Shown: piece after piece, positions 22,644 through 25,440 of the stretch
Position numbering within the stretch: position 1 is the stretch's first letter
Layout: every line of letters begins with the position of its first letter
Source: an uncultured bacterium
Lineage (GTDB): Bacteria; Chlamydiota; Chlamydiia; Chlamydiales; SM23-39
Assembly: GCA_964351415.1 (NCBI GenBank)
Contig: CAYGOG010000001.1
Location: 1,811-27,250, forward strand
Reading direction: 5' to 3'
Length of the DNA: 25,440 nucleotides
The notes under the pieces: model-generated
The model's input: the letters and a program-made list of their open reading frames with translations, nothing else
What the model was told of the DNA's origin: nothing
Databases searched by the model: none
Position numbers and translations under genes: made by a program

Positions 22644-23725
22644 CGGCGCCTCCGCGCAATCTGGAGCAACACGCCCACCGCGGCGCAGTTCATCGCGAGC
22701 GAGCTGCCGCCCTGCGAGAAGAACGGGAGCGCCATCCCCTTGCTCGGCAGCAGCGCCGAGACGACGCCTAAATTGATAAACGCCTGAATGCCCAGCAAAA
22801 ATGTGAACGTCGACGCGAGTAAAAACTGCGCCCGATCGGGGGCGCGCATCGCAATGGCAATGCCGCAAAACGCAAACGCCATGTAGAGCAAAATGAGGAA
22901 TAGCACGCCCACAAACCCCATCTCTTCGGCATAGACCGCTGCGATGTAGTCCGATCGAGCTTCGGGCAGATAGTTCATCTTCTGCAAGCTCTCGCCCAAG
23001 CCCCGCCCCGTCAAGCCGCCCGATCCCACTGCGATCTTCGCCTGATGCGGCTGGTGCCCTTTGCCGCGCAAGTCGCTCTCTGGATGCAGGTAGACCCGCA
23101 ACCGCGCTTGCACGTGGGGCATCTGCAGCGCAACGCCGCCGCCCACCACGCCGATTGCGACGAGCGGCATGAGCCAATACGAGAAGGGGATGTGAGTCAG
23201 CCAAAACAGCACCACCGCAGCGCCAAACAACAGCACCGTCGTCCCCGTATCGGGCTCCAATAAAATCAGCCCACACGGCAGCGCCAGCACACCCAGCTGC
23301 CGCAAAAAGGTGCGCACATCGAGGGGCCCCTCTTGCTTTACGATCCAACCGATGTAGGCGATCGGGATCACAAGTCGCGCAAACTCCGATGGCTGAAAGG
23401 TCAAGCCTCCCGCGCCAATCCAGCGGCGGGCGCCGTTGATCGTCTGGCCGATCCCCGGCATAAACACGCACACGAGCAGCGCCGTCGCCACCCAAAACAG
23501 CACCTGGCTGTGGCGCATCATCTCCGACACTTTGAGTCGATACGTGCCCACGCCGAGTGCAATCCCCATCAGCCCAAAGGCGCACTGCTTGTAAAACGGC
23601 CCGTGGGGATCGACATGCGACCCTCGGTCGATAATCTCGGCCGAGGTCGTGTCAAACACCATCAGGAGCCCCAGGGAAAACAGCAGTGAGACGACGACAA
23701 GTAACGCAAATCCCAGTCGGCTCAT
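22640..23725 (-). CDS. ftsW: SEDS-family peptidoglycan polymerase FtsW
   Basis: NGARRWI, FQPSEFA, EPDTGT, GSGGLTGRGLGESLQKMNYLPEARSDYI and LPSKGMALPFFSQGGSS. Confidence 0.95.
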   Translation of the reverse strand: MSRLGFALLVVVSLLFSLGLLMVFDTTSAEIIDRGSHVDPHGPFYKQCAFGLMGIALGVGTYRLKVSEMMRHSQVLFWVATALLVCVFMPGIGQTINGARRWIGAGGLTFQPSEFARLVIPIAYIGWIVKQEGPLDVRTFLRQLGVLALPCGLILLEPDTGTTVLLFGAAVVLFWLTHIPFSYWLMPLVAIGVVGGGVALQMPHVQARLRVYLHPESDLRGKGHQPHQAKIAVGSGGLTGRGLGESLQKMNYLPEARSDYIAAVYAEEMGFVGVLFLILLYMAFAFCGIAIAMRAPDRAQFLLASTFTFLLGIQAFINLGVVSALLPSKGMALPFFSQGGSSLAMNCAAVGVLLQIARRRR

Positions 23726-24360
23726 TTCACTCGCAAGCGATCTCCCGCTTTGAGTTTGCGCGCTTTTTCGGGAGTCAGGTTATTCAACCGAAGCAGCTCT
23801 TCCACTTTGATGTGGTGCTTCATCGCCACTTTCCACGGATTGTCGCCAATGCGCACGACATAGTATTCGGGGGAGCTCTCTGCTTCGGCAGCGCGCGGCT
23901 TTTGCGCCACAGCCACCGTTTTCTCTGCAGGCAGTTTGAGCACTTGCCCCACTTTCAAGAAGCTGCTCGGCAATCGATTGAGCTTAATCAGCTCATCGAC
24001 CGTCGTCTTATGCGCGCGGGCAATCTTGTCGAGCGAGTCCCCTTTTTTGACCGTCACTTCGCGGCTCGTAGGATTGACGGGCGCCGCAATCACCGGCTCC
24101 GGCGCTGAGACAAGAGGGGCTTCGGGGAGCGGCAGCTCTTGCGAGGCGATCGGCGGCAGCTGGTGCACCACTTCGGGCATTGCGCTCAGCGGCGGCGCCT
24201 CGAGTTCCGCCGGCACAAACGACGGCGACGGAACCAATCCCACCTCATTGTTTGGCGCGCCGACCTCTCCACTCGGCGAGGTGTGCGCCGCGAGGAACAG
24301 CGCAAAGAGGAGACATGAGTTCAGAGAGACTGCGATGAGGATCGTGTTCTTACGGTTCAT
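23722..24360 (-). CDS. Membrane-anchored double-LysM protein (chlamydial NlpD-like)
   Basis: N-terminal hydrophobic anchor, a Pro-rich linker and two LysM domains (VTVKKGDSLDKIA...; YVVRIGDNPWKVA...). It lies between murD and ftsW, as in Chlamydia. Confidence 0.88.
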   Translation of the reverse strand: MNRKNTILIAVSLNSCLLFALFLAAHTSPSGEVGAPNNEVGLVPSPSFVPAELEAPPLSAMPEVVHQLPPIASQELPLPEAPLVSAPEPVIAAPVNPTSREVTVKKGDSLDKIARAHKTTVDELIKLNRLPSSFLKVGQVLKLPAEKTVAVAQKPRAAEAESSPEYYVVRIGDNPWKVAMKHHIKVEELLRLNNLTPEKARKLKAGDRLRVK

Positions 24361-25439
24361 AGTGCGTGGACCAACTCCTGGAAAATAGCGCCGCGGTGGG
24401 CATAGTCTGTAAACTGATCAAAACTGGAGCAGCCGGGCGACAAGAGGACGATATCCCCTTCCCGCGCACCGGATGCGATTTCATAAAAGGCGTCGGCAAA
24501 CTTGTCGCGGCGCACGAGCGGGATCTCGCTTCCCAACTCCTGCTCCATGAGCGCAGCGGCTTCTCCGTAGGCGACAATGCGCACCACCTTACCGCGCAGC
24601 GCCTCGAGCCACGGGCGATAGGACGCGCCTTTGTGCACCCCTCCGGCGAGGAGATGAATCGGCTTGTCGAAGAGGGCCACGGCATGTCGCACGGCATCGA
24701 TATTGGTTCCCTTGCTGTCGTCATAGAAGGCAATCCCCCGCCAGGATCGGACCCATTCGATCCGGTGAGCCGGTTTTCGAAAGGTCTCCACAGCGGAGAG
24801 AAAGGCCTCCACCGTCACGCCGAATCCCGCGACCAGCGCGTAGGCCGCTTCGAGATTCTGGCGTTCGGGTCGTCCCCTTATGGTATAATCAAGTCTTGAA
24901 ATCGTTTCAATGTTTCCCTCGAAACACTGTCCTGAAATACCCGAATCGCGTGAGACCCAAAGCGTTCCGCCTGGCAACAACACATCGGCAATCCGCGCTT
25001 TGGCTGCCCGGTACGCCTCCATCGACCCATACCGATCTAAGTGGTCGGGCGTCACATTCAAAATGACCGCCGCTTCCAACCGCTGGGTGCGCACCGTTTC
25101 CAGCTGATACGAGCTCAGCTCAATCGCCAAAATCCCCTCGCCCACCTCCAGCAAACTCGTCCCCACATTGCCCACCGCTTCTGCCTTCATCCCCACGGCA
25201 TTCAACACATGCGCCACCAGCAGCGTCACCGTCGTCTTCCCATTGGTGCCGGTAATCCCCACACATCGATTCTTCAAAAAACGAAAGGCCAGCTCCACCT
25301 CGCCGATCACCTCGATGCCTCTCGCGCGCGCCTCTCGCACAACCGGATGACTCGGCGCAATCCCGGGCGACAGAATCACCTGCGCCACCGCTTCCCAATT
25401 AAGCTCCGCCGTATCGGGCAAAATCCCCTCGCCCCCTTT
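24357..25439 (-). CDS. murD: UDP-N-acetylmuramoyl-L-alanine--D-glutamate ligase (5'-truncated by the window edge)
   Basis: ILSPGI, GITGTNGKTT, ELSSYQL, NVTPDHLDRY, HRIE, DDSKGTN and LLSPGCSSFDQF. The frame stays open to the window end. Confidence 0.96.
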   Translation of the reverse strand, partial: KGGEGILPDTAELNWEAVAQVILSPGIAPSHPVVREARARGIEVIGEVELAFRFLKNRCVGITGTNGKTTVTLLVAHVLNAVGMKAEAVGNVGTSLLEVGEGILAIELSSYQLETVRTQRLEAAVILNVTPDHLDRYGSMEAYRAAKARIADVLLPGGTLWVSRDSGISGQCFEGNIETISRLDYTIRGRPERQNLEAAYALVAGFGVTVEAFLSAVETFRKPAHRIEWVRSWRGIAFYDDSKGTNIDAVRHAVALFDKPIHLLAGGVHKGASYRPWLEALRGKVVRIVAYGEAAALMEQELGSEIPLVRRDKFADAFYEIASGAREGDIVLLSPGCSSFDQFTDYAHRGAIFQELVHAL

Positions 25440-25440
25440 C

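Noticed and set aside
22644-23585. 639-aa MurG or an FtsW-MurG fusion
   Set aside because: The extension is a shadow frame of ftsW; MurG homology starts at ATG 22643 with an ATGA overlap.
1-25440. tRNA/rRNA genes, integrase, transposase or prophage genes
   Set aside because: None were recognisable; nearly all sequence is accounted for by CDSs and short spacers.

Overview
A gene-dense, fairly GC-rich window that looks chlamydial (phylum Chlamydiota). The evidence is the murD-nlpD(LysM)-ftsW-murG-murC/ddl fusion-ftsQ-like gene order with no ftsA/ftsZ after it, a lysS with the RISLEI motif variant, an Lpg1974/MOMP-like beta-barrel and a DHCR7-type sterol reductase. It also holds an EmrA/EmrB efflux pair coupled to a hotdog thioesterase, an RRM protein, an ArfB-like factor, an RluA-family enzyme, MarC, a secreted serine hydrolase, two convergent BrnQ paralogues, an alpha/beta hydrolase, an ankyrin-like protein, an NDP-sugar dehydratase and a second putative outer-membrane protein. 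I added a 43-aa DUF3096-like gene missing from the ORF track and recognised two small membrane ORFs as a paralogous pair. The most unusual signals are non-coding. (1) A ~510-bp composite palindromic element between the two brnQ stops has terminal inverted repeats, two 124-bp-period tandem units, four GNA-triloop REP-like motifs and a 100-nt hairpin. (2) Two ~50-bp TA-bounded palindromes. (3) A -10 box sits 7-11 nt upstream of the start codon in nine genes, which suggests widespread leaderless transcription. All family calls come from motif recognition by eye; no database searches were run.
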